A stretch of DNA of 64,000 bases from Adineta vaga. Taxonomy: Eukaryota; Animalia; Rotifera. Below the pieces are notes generated by a model. The model was not told where the DNA came from. It searched no databases and saw nothing but the letters and a program-made list of their open reading frames with translations. The stretch lies in NCBI GenBank assembly GCA_021613535.1, contig CP075492.1:12028001-12092000 (forward strand), read 5' to 3'. Made by a program: the position numbers and the translations under genes. This document shows, piece by piece, positions 41,838-54,393 of the stretch. Within the stretch, counting starts at the first letter, position 1; every line of letters starts with the position of its first letter.

Positions 41838-43235
41838 TCATTGAATATATGATGGAGATAAGTCAGTTTGATAGTAAACCCAAGGATAATCATTAGATGA
41901 TCTTCCTTGATTCGTTAGATTTCTTCGCATACCAATTGCTTCCATACATGTTCTTCGTTGATCAATAATTCCATCGTTGTGATGACTTTTTTCGAATTGA
42001 ATGGATAAACCTTTTGATGAACCATCTTCTTCACGTTTTAACTGAACATGTTGAACACTATGATATGTTTCATCAGTTGATTTTGGAGAGGAATCTTCAT
42101 CTTGATTATAATATGCACTATCGTTTGATGATGAAGTACTATCTCGACGATCCATCTGAGTTTCAGTTAAAGAAGTAGACGAAGATGAAGCCGTAGATGA
42201 AATATCAAGATGTGATGAATTGATCATCTAAGAATTTACAATAAGAAAAAAAGAATGTTCTGATATTTTATTGATTGTTCTGTACCTGTTTAGATGTTTC
42301 GTGAATGAAATCATCATTTAGCCATGTTGCATTTGTACTGCGAGTCGTATCACCAAAACGTGATTCCACTCGAAGTGTTTCATCAATGATAAATGTTGGT
42401 AATTTAACTTGAAAAGAAAATTTTCTTGCATCATCAATGTAGTTTGCCAATGTTTCGATACGTTTTTTAATTCTATCAATTGATTTTGTCGGATCTGTTG
42501 AATTTGTTATTGATGAGGATGATGGAGACGAAAGTAATGATCCAAGATTTCCTTTTTTCATTCGTATCAATTCATTTTTATCCATATTAATATGTAACAT
42601 TTCTTTTTCAACAAATGAATCATATTCTTTCCCTAAAATTTCATATTCATCATGAATTGTTTGAATAATGGATGTATGAGCTTTATTAATCGTATTTATC
42701 GTATCAATACGCCATTGTTGACATTGTTCAATAGCTTCATCTTTATGTCGTTCAAGATCTGTTTTTGTATGAAGAATTTTTGTTAAAAGACAATCACTTA
42801 ATTCATGTAAATATTCTAATTCTGCCGTAACTTTTTTATAATGTTTATTACAGCATCGTATACAAAGACGTTGACTACAATGACAACATTGAAATAATCC
42901 ATCGTGTTTTTGACAATCATCACATTTTAATGGTACTGCCATTAAATCAAGAGATGATTGATGATGAATAGAATTGATTTTCGTTAATGGCTGTGGTGAA
43001 GAAGAATTCATCTTTCCTGGAATTATTTTCGCATTAGGAAGATATTGCTGACGCTAGAGAAAAATCAATCTCTTATTATGTTTCAATTAATTAGACTCGT
43101 TCAATTACATACCAATCTTCGTATTGATGGTGAATATTTACCTCCATCATTGGTTAGAAATGTTGTATCAAATTTTGTTAAACCACGTTTAGACATGATT
43201 CGATCGAGAAATTTGCCTTTTTCAGACATTGACAT
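41838..43235 (-). CDS. B-box + coiled-coil protein (3 exons)
   Basis: Exon 1 MSMSEKGKFLDRIMSK…RRL. Exon 2 has CDDCQKHDGLFQCCHCSQRLCIRCCNKH plus a coiled coil. Ser-rich exon 3 ends at TGA 41838. Confidence 0.7.
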
Positions 43236-43671
43236 GCGCACACGTCTGATCTTAACCGAACTAGTGTTGCAAGTCGAAAGACATCAACTAATCAAAAAGA
43301 GCGAAGACGAACGAGAGATATGTCAGGAGGATGTGTTAATACGAGAAAACAATCAGCATAAGAGCACGTATAAATATGCGGGTGGCGTAAAAACAACAAC
43401 ATATATATATATATACAATCAGCGATGATATCAATCAGTATTTATATACATTAAACATAACGAAAGGTTGAATTGTCTATCGAATCCATTTTTATAGATG
43501 TAATTATCTTCGAAGAATGGAAATATTCTTCGATAATATCTTGTCAAGGATATCAATGAAAGGTTTCTCTTTGTCATTCGAAGTTAGATAAAGTATTTGT
43601 TTACGTGTATAAATGCCATTCTTACATGAGAACTATGCATCTTCGTTTTCTTTCTTTCTCAATTGACTAGC

Positions 43672-43692
43672 AGAAGAAGAAGAAGAAGAAGA
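43672..43692. repeat. (GAA)n microsatellite; another near 45630
   Basis: agaagaagaagaagaagaaga. Confidence 0.8.
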
Positions 43693-44637
43693 CTATTTTG
43701 AGTAACTCGAACAAATCAGAAAGATAACAAAAATATTTATCTAATGTGCCTCAATTACAGCTGACTTAGTAAAGAATAGAGAATATTTAATAATAGAATG
43801 TCTCGATAATTATTTATATATGATGACATACTTTCTAGTATGTATTGTGTTGACAACTATTGCTGCTTTATTCTTCTGATGAATATTATTTTCGTTGATT
43901 TATTTTCCTGCTTTTGTTAGAATCTTATTAAATATATAATCGACACACTTTGCCATATGTTATAGATTATTGATTAATTTACATACGACAGAGAAAATCG
44001 ATGCATATTCCTCGCGATTATTCTGATATGAAAGTCTGATTGTTATATGTGAAAGAAGATTGTCTTGATTTTACTAATTATCAAGTCATTTACAAACGTC
44101 TTTTCAACGAGATAAGATATGAGAAAAGATCATTTTGAGATTCTATTTCGACGAAAGAAATATTCGAGAACATGTACGTAATAAGAAATGTCACAACGAC
44201 AAATGATCAAACTAAAATTCTTTACATGATGAAAACGAACGAAAAGTATATTGTCGTTATTTATGAGTTGTTTGTAACATGATATATTTTCAAAAGTACT
44301 TGAAATTGGGAGATGACTGACGTGGTGAGATTTGGTTTGTTGATGAAAATCTCTAATTTCGAAAATATAGTTAATAATTATCATGAACAGAAAATTGATG
44401 GTCATATTATAATTTGAATCTTTTATTTATTTTCTGCAACGACTATGTATAGATGTCGTCACTTTTTTCTCCAGTCTATCTCTCTCTCTTCATCTGTGTG
44501 CTGTGATTTATATTAGTCAAACCTTTACTGTTCTCGTTCTTTTTTCATTCCGTTTTCTGTTGATATTTATTTTATATAGGGTAGTTTAAGGGCGTGTAGA
44601 GTTGAAACAAATCATATCTTAAATAAAAACAAAAACG

Positions 44638-45363
44638 ATGTCGAAAAAAGGATTAGTAGTGATTACTGGTGCAAGTTCTGGTATTGGCGAAGCAACAGCT
44701 CGATCATTTTCTCAAGCTGGCCATCCATTATTATTACTTGCTCGACGCCTTGATCGTTTAGAAGCATTAAAACTACCGAATACTCTCTGTGAAAAAGTTG
44801 ATGTTACTGATCGTGATCAAATCAAATCAGCAGTTGAAAAAGCTGAAAAACAATACGGTCCAGTTGATTGTCTTGTAAACAATGCCGGTGTTATGTTATT
44901 AGGTTTAGCTGATACACAAGATCCAAAAGAATGGGAACAAATGGTGCAAGTCAATATAATGGGTGTTCTCAATGGTATACATGTTGTACTTGCCGGAATG
45001 AAAGAACGTCGTCAAGGAACAGTCATTAATATAAGTTCAGTTGCAGGACGTAAAACATTTCCTAATCATGCTGTTTATTGTGGTACTAAATTTTGTGTTC
45101 ATGCATATACTGAACAAATTCGTGAAGAAGCTGCATCCTATGATGTTCGTTTCATAACCATTGCACCAGGAGTAGTCGAAACTGAACTTTTATCACATAC
45201 AACAGCGGAAAAGATTGTTAAAGATTATAATCAATGGAAAAAAGAAATGGGTCAACCATTAGAAAGTGAAGATGTTGCAAATTCAATTCTATTTGCATAT
45301 CAACAACCACAACGTGTTTGCATTCGAGAAATTGTCCTCTGTCCAACAAGACAAGACAAATAG
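44638..45363 (+). CDS. Classical NADP(H)-dependent short-chain dehydrogenase/reductase, intronless, bacterial-type
   Basis: TGASSGIG, LARR (NADP preference), NNAG, ISSVAG, YCGTK catalytic motif, IAPGVVETEL. Confidence 0.95.
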   Translation: MSKKGLVVITGASSGIGEATARSFSQAGHPLLLLARRLDRLEALKLPNTLCEKVDVTDRDQIKSAVEKAEKQYGPVDCLVNNAGVMLLGLADTQDPKEWEQMVQVNIMGVLNGIHVVLAGMKERRQGTVINISSVAGRKTFPNHAVYCGTKFCVHAYTEQIREEAASYDVRFITIAPGVVETELLSHTTAEKIVKDYNQWKKEMGQPLESEDVANSILFAYQQPQRVCIREIVLCPTRQDK

Positions 45364-45787
45364 ACAGTGATAGAACCTACAAACGAAATTAGTTTTTTTT
45401 ATACAAATGAAATTTTATCATCCTCTTTCATTTATTTTATATTTGAAATAAAAATGACTTAACTTCATCAGAATTATATTCTAAGGATTAACGTTCATTT
45501 ACACATTCAAATATTTCGATTTGAATCACATTTGGTGTACTACAAGTACAACCAAAATACTTTATTAATCTGTTCCTTTATGAAAAAATAGACTACAAAC
45601 ATACATTCTCATAAATGAATACAAGAGATGAAGAAGAAGAAGAAGAAAAGAAAAACAAGGCATCAAGCTAGAAATACAATGCTGTTATAATACTATTTAT
45701 ACAAAAACAAATAGATAGAAAATGTTTGTTGGAACTGTTCCCATTGAGCAAACAAAAATGATATATGACTGAAAGACGAAATAGATT

Positions 45788-48700
45788 TCAAAATAATGGT
45801 CTTCGAGTATCTTGTTCATCAACATCAAGTAAAAGAGTTGTACAAGTAGTTGTATGTTGTCGTATAATAACATTGGAATCGAGTTTTTCATGACTTTTTC
45901 GTGAAATTGTATGATTGAGAAAACTTTCGACTGTTGATAATTGCAAAGGCATAAGATAATGCTTTCGTAATTGTATTAATTGCATATTTCGACTTAATGT
46001 GATTGCTAACCACCAACGAAAATGAATTCTTTGATGATTTGTATACAGATAAGTATCTCGTTTTGATGTACGTAAATACTGACAACGTTGTTGAATTTGT
46101 TCATTAACAATTGAACAAAAACAAACGAGAACTGGATGTGTATGAAGACATTCCATATGTATAAATGAAACGTAAGAGAGAAAACCAATATCCATTTTTT
46201 CTAATGATCGTCCAAGTATACAATAATCCAAACGTGGAAGAAATAGAAAAGTTGCTAACCAACTTTTCATTAAACGAAATGTACATGAAATCATTCCAAG
46301 AAAACAATCGAAAAAGAAGTTAAAATACGTAAATATGAAGAATATTCGCAGATTTTTTAATACCATTCCTTTTCCATGTCTAAAAAAACAAATATTCAAT
46401 TTATTCATTCGTTCTTTCTTTCTTTCTAATCATACACTTACTTTTGTAAAAAAAATGTCTTTGATAAAAACCATTGAACAATAAATACCATTAAATAAAT
46501 AACTAACAAGGGTATTAATACTTTTGCAATTTCTTCAACAAGAAATAAGTGTTTACATAAAACGCGTAGAATAACAAACATAAAAAATAATAAATTTCCA
46601 ATGATAAGATATCCAAATGTTAAATAAGCAATACAATAACCAGGATAATGAATATTTTTCGACATTAATCTCGCATTTTTAAATGTCGATCGTGAAGGTA
46701 TATCAATAAATATTCCTCTATATGCATCAAGCATATGTCTTTGATAATGTTTCATACCGATGAATAATTGACCGAAATAAATCATGGATGTCAAACAACA
46801 AGCGAAGATCATTTCATATTTAAGATTCGATAATTTCGGTTCAGGTAAATCAAGTTCATCATAGAGTATTAATAATGGCATAAGAGTAAAACTATAGATT
46901 TTCTCGATAAGATTAAAACCATTTTCGAGAATATTGAAAGTTAAATAATAGATTAACATGAATGCAATTATGTAAAGATTTAAAATTTGTTTCGAATATT
47001 GAAAATATTTCTCGGGTCGATAGAATTGATAGAGAAAAGATTTGATGAATGAAAGTTGTTGTTGATATTGATATGATTTTTGAAAGAGATTTTGAACATA
47101 ACGATATTCGATGGGTTGAATTTGTCTGGAAGAAAACGTTGGCTCATGATAAATATGTTTCATTGATCTTTTCTGAGAATTTCGTTCGTTGTTACAACAA
47201 AAGAATGTTTGATAGAGATTTAGAATTAACAAATAGGTTAATCGACAACAAATATATGTTAAACATAGATAATATGGAGCATATTTAAGTACACTAATTG
47301 TTGAAGAATCAAAACCGAATTGTTCGAATGTCGAAAGAGAATCATTCGTATGAATAGATGTTGAAAGATTTAAATTAATCGATGACCAATTTAATGAATG
47401 TGGAGATAACTGAGGAGAGGCAAATGTCTAAAACGAAAAAAAATAGAAGATTGATACATGTATTTAGTTATCTATTACTTGTATTGTTGAAGCAATCGTT
47501 GTTGTTGTTGTTGTTGTGGTTGTTGCTGTTAGTTTTGTTCCTCGAAATGAGAAACGTTCTCGAAACCTATGCAATCGATTTCGAAATTCTCCTCCTGATC
47601 GTGCATCTTCATATTCCGGTAGAAAAATCGGTGTAACCGTACTAGTCATCAATAGATTCCGTTCATATTTTGCTGTCAACTCTGTTTTCAATTGTTCAAA
47701 TTTTTGCCATGTTCGAATGAATGGATTCATATTAATACAAAACACCTGTTCGAACACTCTTAAGCATAAATCTAACCACATATATAAAGAACATAGAGCA
47801 TAATAAAGTATATTTGCATTCGCCATTTCAATAACTGCAAAGACAGGATAATATCGTAAACCAATAATAATTATTAAACCAAATTGTCGAATTAAATCAA
47901 GCAACGGACCATTTATTGTTAATAATTTCATTTGTGCTGTTTTTAAAAACATTTCTTCAATAATTTCAAGTATTTCATGACTAATAATACCACATAAAAT
48001 CATTGTATCGAAACGATTTTGTTTCGAAAATGGATTAAATGGTAAGGGAATATAGATGGAAAATTTCTCTTTCGTATATTCTTTTCGTGTTTGATTGAAT
48101 ACAATAAATAGAATAATAACTAAAGCCAATGGTAATGTTAATAGATTATGATAATAATTATTTTCATATAAAATACAAAATTGAAATAATTCTGTTGAAT
48201 GAATTAATGTTTCTTTGACGTAATCTTTTGCATTGATAATAATTACACAAATGATAATTGTTAATGTAATTGGTAAAAGAATGAGAAGTAATTTTTTTGG
48301 TTTAATAAATAGTTTACGAAAGTTTGAACATCGAGATGAATGATATGTGTAATCATGAGAGTTTGTAGTATGAAGATGATCAATAGATTTCAATGGTCTT
48401 TTCATCGAATTTTGAGCACTATTTGAAACACTAAAATGAGAAGATGATTTTATGAAAGATTTTATTTGAATAAACCTACGGTGGATATTGTCCATGAAGA
48501 ATTTTTCGAAATGACCAAGAATCATCGGATCGATCAATATTGATAATGTACGACATGATGCAAGCAATTAAAATTATCGCAATACCAATGATGATTTGTA
48601 TACCTTGACTACTCCCTGAAATAAAATAATTGAACTCAACATGTTTCTCAAGATGATCGTATTTGATAGAATTCTTTGATTCTTAACTCTCTTCAAGTGT

Positions 48701-49693
48701 CAACAAAAGGTAAAATTATGTAACATTGACTAGTTCTATACTGATAGTCTTTTAAAATATTATATAAACATACATTTTTCACATTGATCTCCCGTATAAA
48801 GAAATCGACATTGACATTTATAGGATTTTGTCCATGGTAAATTAATACATTTACCATATTTACCACAATTACTCGTATTATTATAACATCGATCAATTGC
48901 TAGAATAAATGAAATAAAAATGAAGATATTCTTTTTGTTCCTTTTCTATCGAACTTACTTTGTTTACAAACATATGGACGTAAAGCTTGTTCAACACATG
49001 GTGCTGGTGTAAGAACACTTGTATTTCTTGCTAACCAAAGAATTCCACAATCATAGGCAAGAATATCTCGATTATTATCTACCCAAAATCGATAAACCGG
49101 TGTTTCTTTTAATGGCATATCATTGGACCAAAACCAAGTATCTAAATTGTAATAACAAATTTCATTTCAAATCAACTTTGAAAAACAAAATCCTACTATT
49201 CATTTTGCGTAAGCCAATATAAACCGATACACTATCAGATCCTGATTTCAATCCAATAAGTTCACGTTCAATAAATTCATATTCATCTATAGATTCAATA
49301 GCTAATAAACGAGCATCGTTCATTGTTGGTAATGTTAAACAATTATTATAAGCTCGTTCCCATGAAGATGCTGGTTCTGTTTTCATATAAGTATAACATG
49401 AACCAGCATAATATTTTGATGGTGAAATACATTCTAAATAAGAAAAGAAAAGAAAACCAACAAATTCTATTCAGTATTTCGTTCTTGTTCGTATATGTAA
49501 CATACGTATTCCGTGTTTCACTTTGTCTTTTGTTTCTTTGATTAGTTGAAATGCTTCCTGACCACGATTTGTAACTAGAAAGAAAAGATCGATGTATACT
49601 GAAACAAAACATTGAATATTTACTTGATGTGGTTTGAACATCGTTTACAAGAAGAAAACAAATAAAGATCGAAAGAATTATTTGTCGAATCAT
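45788..49693 (-). CDS. STRA6-like (RBP receptor family) polytopic membrane protein with N-terminal signal peptide, C-type lectin domain and EGF domain
   Basis: STRA6 hallmarks: PLPFNPF…RF, GLRYYP, HYPGY.IAYL..GY, FFFDCFLG…RL, PRLD..ILGR..E..D.GF.SY…E..HTHP, RWWLAITL.RN.QL..LRK. Upstream exons give SCY…SWERAYNNC…LLAIES..E.EFI…YIGL…W.W…DC…PC…YVC (CTLD) and C…CGKYGKCINL…YKCQCRFLYTGDQCE (EGF), joined by phase-compatible GT-AG introns. Confidence 0.85.
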
Positions 49694-50916
49694 TGAAATC
49701 GAATCATATTTCTATTGAACATCTACAAAATGAACGAAAAGAAAATTAAACAAGGACATTTAAACTGATACAGATGTCGAGACAATGAAAGAGAACAAAA
49801 ACAATAATTTCATCGACGAAATTTGATCATCTTTTCTTTTAACGATGATGTTTTCATTAACAAAATTTCTTTTAAAGAAAGTCACGTTTTGAATCATATC
49901 TTTTATTGTGTCTATTCTCAACCGATTGTACTCTTCAAAAAAACAACAACAGCACACACACACACACAACCGTAAATGAAATCTCACACCTACTTGTAAA
50001 TATGAAAAAAAAATCAAATAGATTTGTGTCAGACGCCTATTTAGATATTCCTTATTGAACGTGAATGCATACAAATTGTCGATACCACTTCATCGAATAT
50101 TCATCGACGATAAATGTCTATGTCTACACTTACATCTATTAGAAACAATCATCAGTCTTATCAACGTGACTTTTCAACTACAACTATCCGCCTACTGCTG
50201 TTTGTCTTGTAGAATTTAAAGTAAAAAAAAAGATTATAATGGTTGAATGAACGATCGAAACTTATGCAACTGATTCTTTTGAATTCGAACGTTCAATCTC
50301 CTTCTTTTTTTGTTGATAATGTTTGTTCAAAGAAGGACATATTCGTATTCAATGAAGTCAAGAAAAAGAATGAAGAAGAAATGAACAAAGTAAACGATTA
50401 CATCAAGCGGAAGCAAAGCGATTTGAAGAATAACAGAAAAAAAGGGTCAATAAAGATTTCATATTGAAAGAAGGAGAAAGAAGGAAGGTATACGATTATC
50501 GTATCTTACACATTCATTGATTTTGAACAATGTGCATGAATAAACATACGTATAAGACCTACGTAATAATCATTGTAACGGACATATTCAATCAGCCATT
50601 TACCTATATGATTTGAATGACAGTTGGAACTACTACAACGAGCATTTGTTATTATTGATTGATATCTTCAACTTACCACTGACCGACAATAATACATAGG
50701 AGGCGATATTGTATAACCGGAACGAAATTGATCGAGAGTATTTTTCTTTCCTTTCTCTCTCTCTCTCCCCTCCCTCTTACTTTTTCACTATGACAATAGT
50801 GTCATGTGTGAGTACGCAAATACACGATGGAATAATACAATAGATGATGGTGGGTCTCATTAAACAAGCAATTCTTTCTATGTATACGCATGAAATATTG
50901 CCTGGAAGGAATATGT

Positions 50917-50936
50917 ATATATATATATATATATAT
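50917..50936. repeat. (AT)n microsatellite; similar tracts near 2075, 26506, 28287, 51460
   Basis: Directly visible dinucleotide runs. Confidence 0.8.
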
Positions 50937-53216
50937 CTTTCTTTTTTTTCTCATTCTTACATAAGCAAAAATAAAATAATGAATTTAAACAATCTATCAA
51001 AGTATACCGAAAATAATGATTGAATAGGTTGAGTACATAGGGAAAAGAATAGGTCAGCAGAGTCGAAAAGGCTTCTTGTAATTCGTTATACTAGACAATC
51101 AAACTAGTCGTCTTCGTCTTATTATTGCTTAAGAAAAGGAAAAAAAATATAAATAGAAACTTTCGAAAAGAAAACGATTGAATTACATCCATATCTTCAC
51201 TATTTCCTTCAAATTTCTTGATAACACTTATCAGAACGCCTGACTATTCTTCTTGCACATGCTTCTTTGTCTCATACTTACACTTAAGTCAAAAAGAAGG
51301 AGTGTTCTGCACGATAATAATAATCAATATTGAACAAAAACACGTACTGATAAGACGCCCAGATATATGTCATCAAATCAAGGGAAGAAAAAAGATCTCA
51401 TTATTCATCATATCACCTGTTCTATTCCTGCAACTGCTACTTTGATTACACAAGTATGTATATATATATATATATGTACACTCTCTCTCTTTCTCTTTTG
51501 ATCGAAGATACCGCTTGATGAAATACAAAGAAAAATCAATTAACTTACTAAAGCTGCTCATCAGGACATCTCACATCAAGATATTATATGTTTGTCTTAT
51601 GCATATCATTCAACAACATAGTGTGATAGAAGAAGAAAAGAAATCTATTCATGATGATTGGTCAATGTCAATTAAAAATCTAAATATAACTAACTAAACT
51701 TTACATATGAAAAAAAAACGAAAAGAATTGCTCTTCTCATTTACAGATCGTAGCAGACTTCATTATACACATAAACTTTCAAGATCAAGGATCGAAAAAA
51801 AAAATCTATAATCGACTAATCCTTTCTTTATCATCATTAAAACGCGTTGGAAACTTTTCCTTGATCTACATTACTTTTTTTTACTCTATTTGATTGTCTC
51901 GACAGACAAAAAGTGTGTCGTCGTCGTCATCATCGTCATTCTTCGTCTATTTTAATCAAATTAGATCGATTGATGCAATCTATTTATCAATAGACATCTA
52001 CTACAGTCAAGTGTATTTTTTGTGGGTTGAAGGTATGGTTCATCATATACGAACAAATAAAAAAAGCCGAAGAGACAATTGATCATTTCAAAATGATATG
52101 AACGTCTAGTAAGAAAGTAAATATAATTAAACAGAAAAGAAATTTTTTCTTACTCTACTTTATTGATGGCAAGATGATGATATTCTTCTTTCGTGTCGAC
52201 TAGTTCATTTGGCCTGTATACATATGTAAAGCTTAGACTGAACTCAACCTTGAAAAACGAATGTCAATTTCATGTTAAATCACTCATTCTCCTTTCTCTT
52301 CATTGAAGTGTGAGACTGTTCGTTTTTCTTCTTCTTCTTCTGACCAAACCAAGGGCTCATCTTCACTCACGTATAGGACAGGCGCATATGTACATCTCTA
52401 CATGTTATATGAATTGAACTTGAAGGTTAAAGAAAATCTCTCGTATGTTAATGTAAAGTCTCAAGAAAAAAAAAACTTCGAACGAACATTATTATACAAT
52501 ATCAAGAGATGGATATATCTGCACCTCAAGAATAACCTTCAAACAGCTCGAGTTGCACATCAGTGAAATGATGGGACAAGAAGTGTTGTGAAACGAAGAT
52601 AATGAGATATGAACGAATCCGACACATCAAGGTGAAAGAGAATCTTATCAGATTATCTTTTATTGTTTTTTTTTCATCGGCACAAAAAACGGTTAATGAT
52701 AATAATGAAGTCTTTCTTTCCTTTTTCTCTTCATATGTATAGAAACAAAAAAGAACAGATCAAACTTGACACTATTGAGATATCAGAGGAATGTATGAAT
52801 ACATATGCAAACAAGAAGATATGTGTATTTCATCTTTTGTTATTCTTTTATATGATGAATCAAAAGTCATAGTAAGTGTGATTAAACACTTTATTTCTCA
52901 TGGTTATAAACTACAAAAGAATTCATCAATGAAAATAATAGATTGTCCAATATATGTAAAAGTCAATTTTGATTCATTCAATGAAAATTTTTCATTTTCG
53001 TACAACATACTTAACCGGATGATTATTTTTGATAAGAAATCTTTATATTCAAGGACCTATATCCTATCATTTCTACTTGAAAAGAGAGAGAGAGCGAGCG
53101 AGAGAGGAAAAATACATTAGTCGCAAATAAAATTATCGATAACAATAGAATTGTTTCATATATGTATATATTCAATGACAAATTATATTTGACAGTCAAA
53201 AATGATGTGATACTAG

Positions 53217-54191
53217 TTATATACGCCATTGTAAAGTATTGGCTTCATACATTGATGATCGAATACTATCAAGTTTTGCTAATTCATTCGATCGACGATA
53301 ATATTCTTCGGGATTTAATCGCATCACAGGTAAACGAATGAATTCAACTTCAACAGCTGTATGCGTATTTTGATGTTCAATATAACGATTTACTGACTCC
53401 TTTCGACAGCGCTGATTTCTTTGCGAATCGTTCCCCAAAGCACATTCGTCATTTTCACCAGATTCTATCAAAGATAGAAACTGTGTGAAGAAAATCAGAA
53501 TAATTAGAACTTACGCGACGTTATTGGAACATCCGAATGATAATGAGTGATACGCTAATATTAAAAGAGAGAAAAAATAATAATGCCGGACGTATATATT
53601 CTTTATATACCTGATGTGATGGTTGTGGTCTATAGGTCACGGGAATGTATTTATTGTAAAATATTGATTGATTAGTATATGGTGATGATCGAGATATAGA
53701 AGAATGTTCAGGTGGTGTAGGCGACAGTACGGTGAAGATTTTGATCATCTTCTGTTGTACTGAGCACATGTATTGATAAATCTTGCATTTTTGGTTGTGG
53801 AGACATATCGCGTACTTGAATATCGACAGTATCAGATATTGGAAGATGTAGAAAAACTTCTTGTTTATTAGTACCCACAGTATCTTGTGGTGGATCGATC
53901 TTTACATTAGAAACTGAATCAAGTTGATCAATTCGATTATTCTAAATTTAAAAAAATACAACGATTGAAACGATCTTTGAAAATATTTACGCTTACTAAA
54001 TGTACAAGTTGGTGATTTTTATCATCGGTTTCAATGACGATTGAATTTTTATCGAAACGAGCTAATGGTGGTGATATAATACCTTTTTCTTCCAATTTTT
54101 TCAAATGCTTATCTCGTTTATCAATAAATTTTTCAACATAATTCAGTAATGAAAGATGTTTCTTCAGTTTTATGCCTTGATTATTTGACAT
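53217..54191 (-). CDS. Hypothetical protein (multi-exon), frame discontinuity at ~53725
   Basis: MSNNQGIKLKKHLSLLNYVEKF… exon, then NNRIDQLD…, SPTPPEHSS…, RITHYH…, ESGENDEC…QWRI*, with GT-AG boundaries. No family recognised. Confidence 0.5.
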
Positions 54192-54393
54192 CGTCTGGTA
54201 GCTTGTACACGTTGTAATTAATATAATTTTAATATGTAGAAATAAATACGCAATAATAACCTCATCATATGTGCACTGAAGCATAAAGCTATTAGTAACG
54301 ATTTGTCAGATGGTTAATAGAAGAGAAAATATATTATTCATAACTTCATAGGTTAGTTTTATTTAAAACAAAACAACAAACGAAAAGCAAATA

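Noticed and set aside
37349-43235. B-box gene and Ig-domain gene as one TRIM-like gene
   Set aside because: The B-box gene has an in-frame stop at 41838 with no convincing donor before it, and the Ig gene has its own phase-compatible first exon.
43045-43428. 127-aa + strand ORF
   Set aside because: Overlaps exon 1 of the minus-strand B-box gene in antisense; no independent motifs.
43510-43533. 9-bp inverted repeat (tcgaagaat / attcttcga)
   Set aside because: Short and AT-rich, expected by chance. No TIR/TSD or miRNA-length stem.
50669-50678. caacttacca, a partial match to the bdelloid spliced-leader sequence as I recall it
   Set aside because: Only ~10 nt, flanks do not match, and there is no adjoining donor or Sm site.
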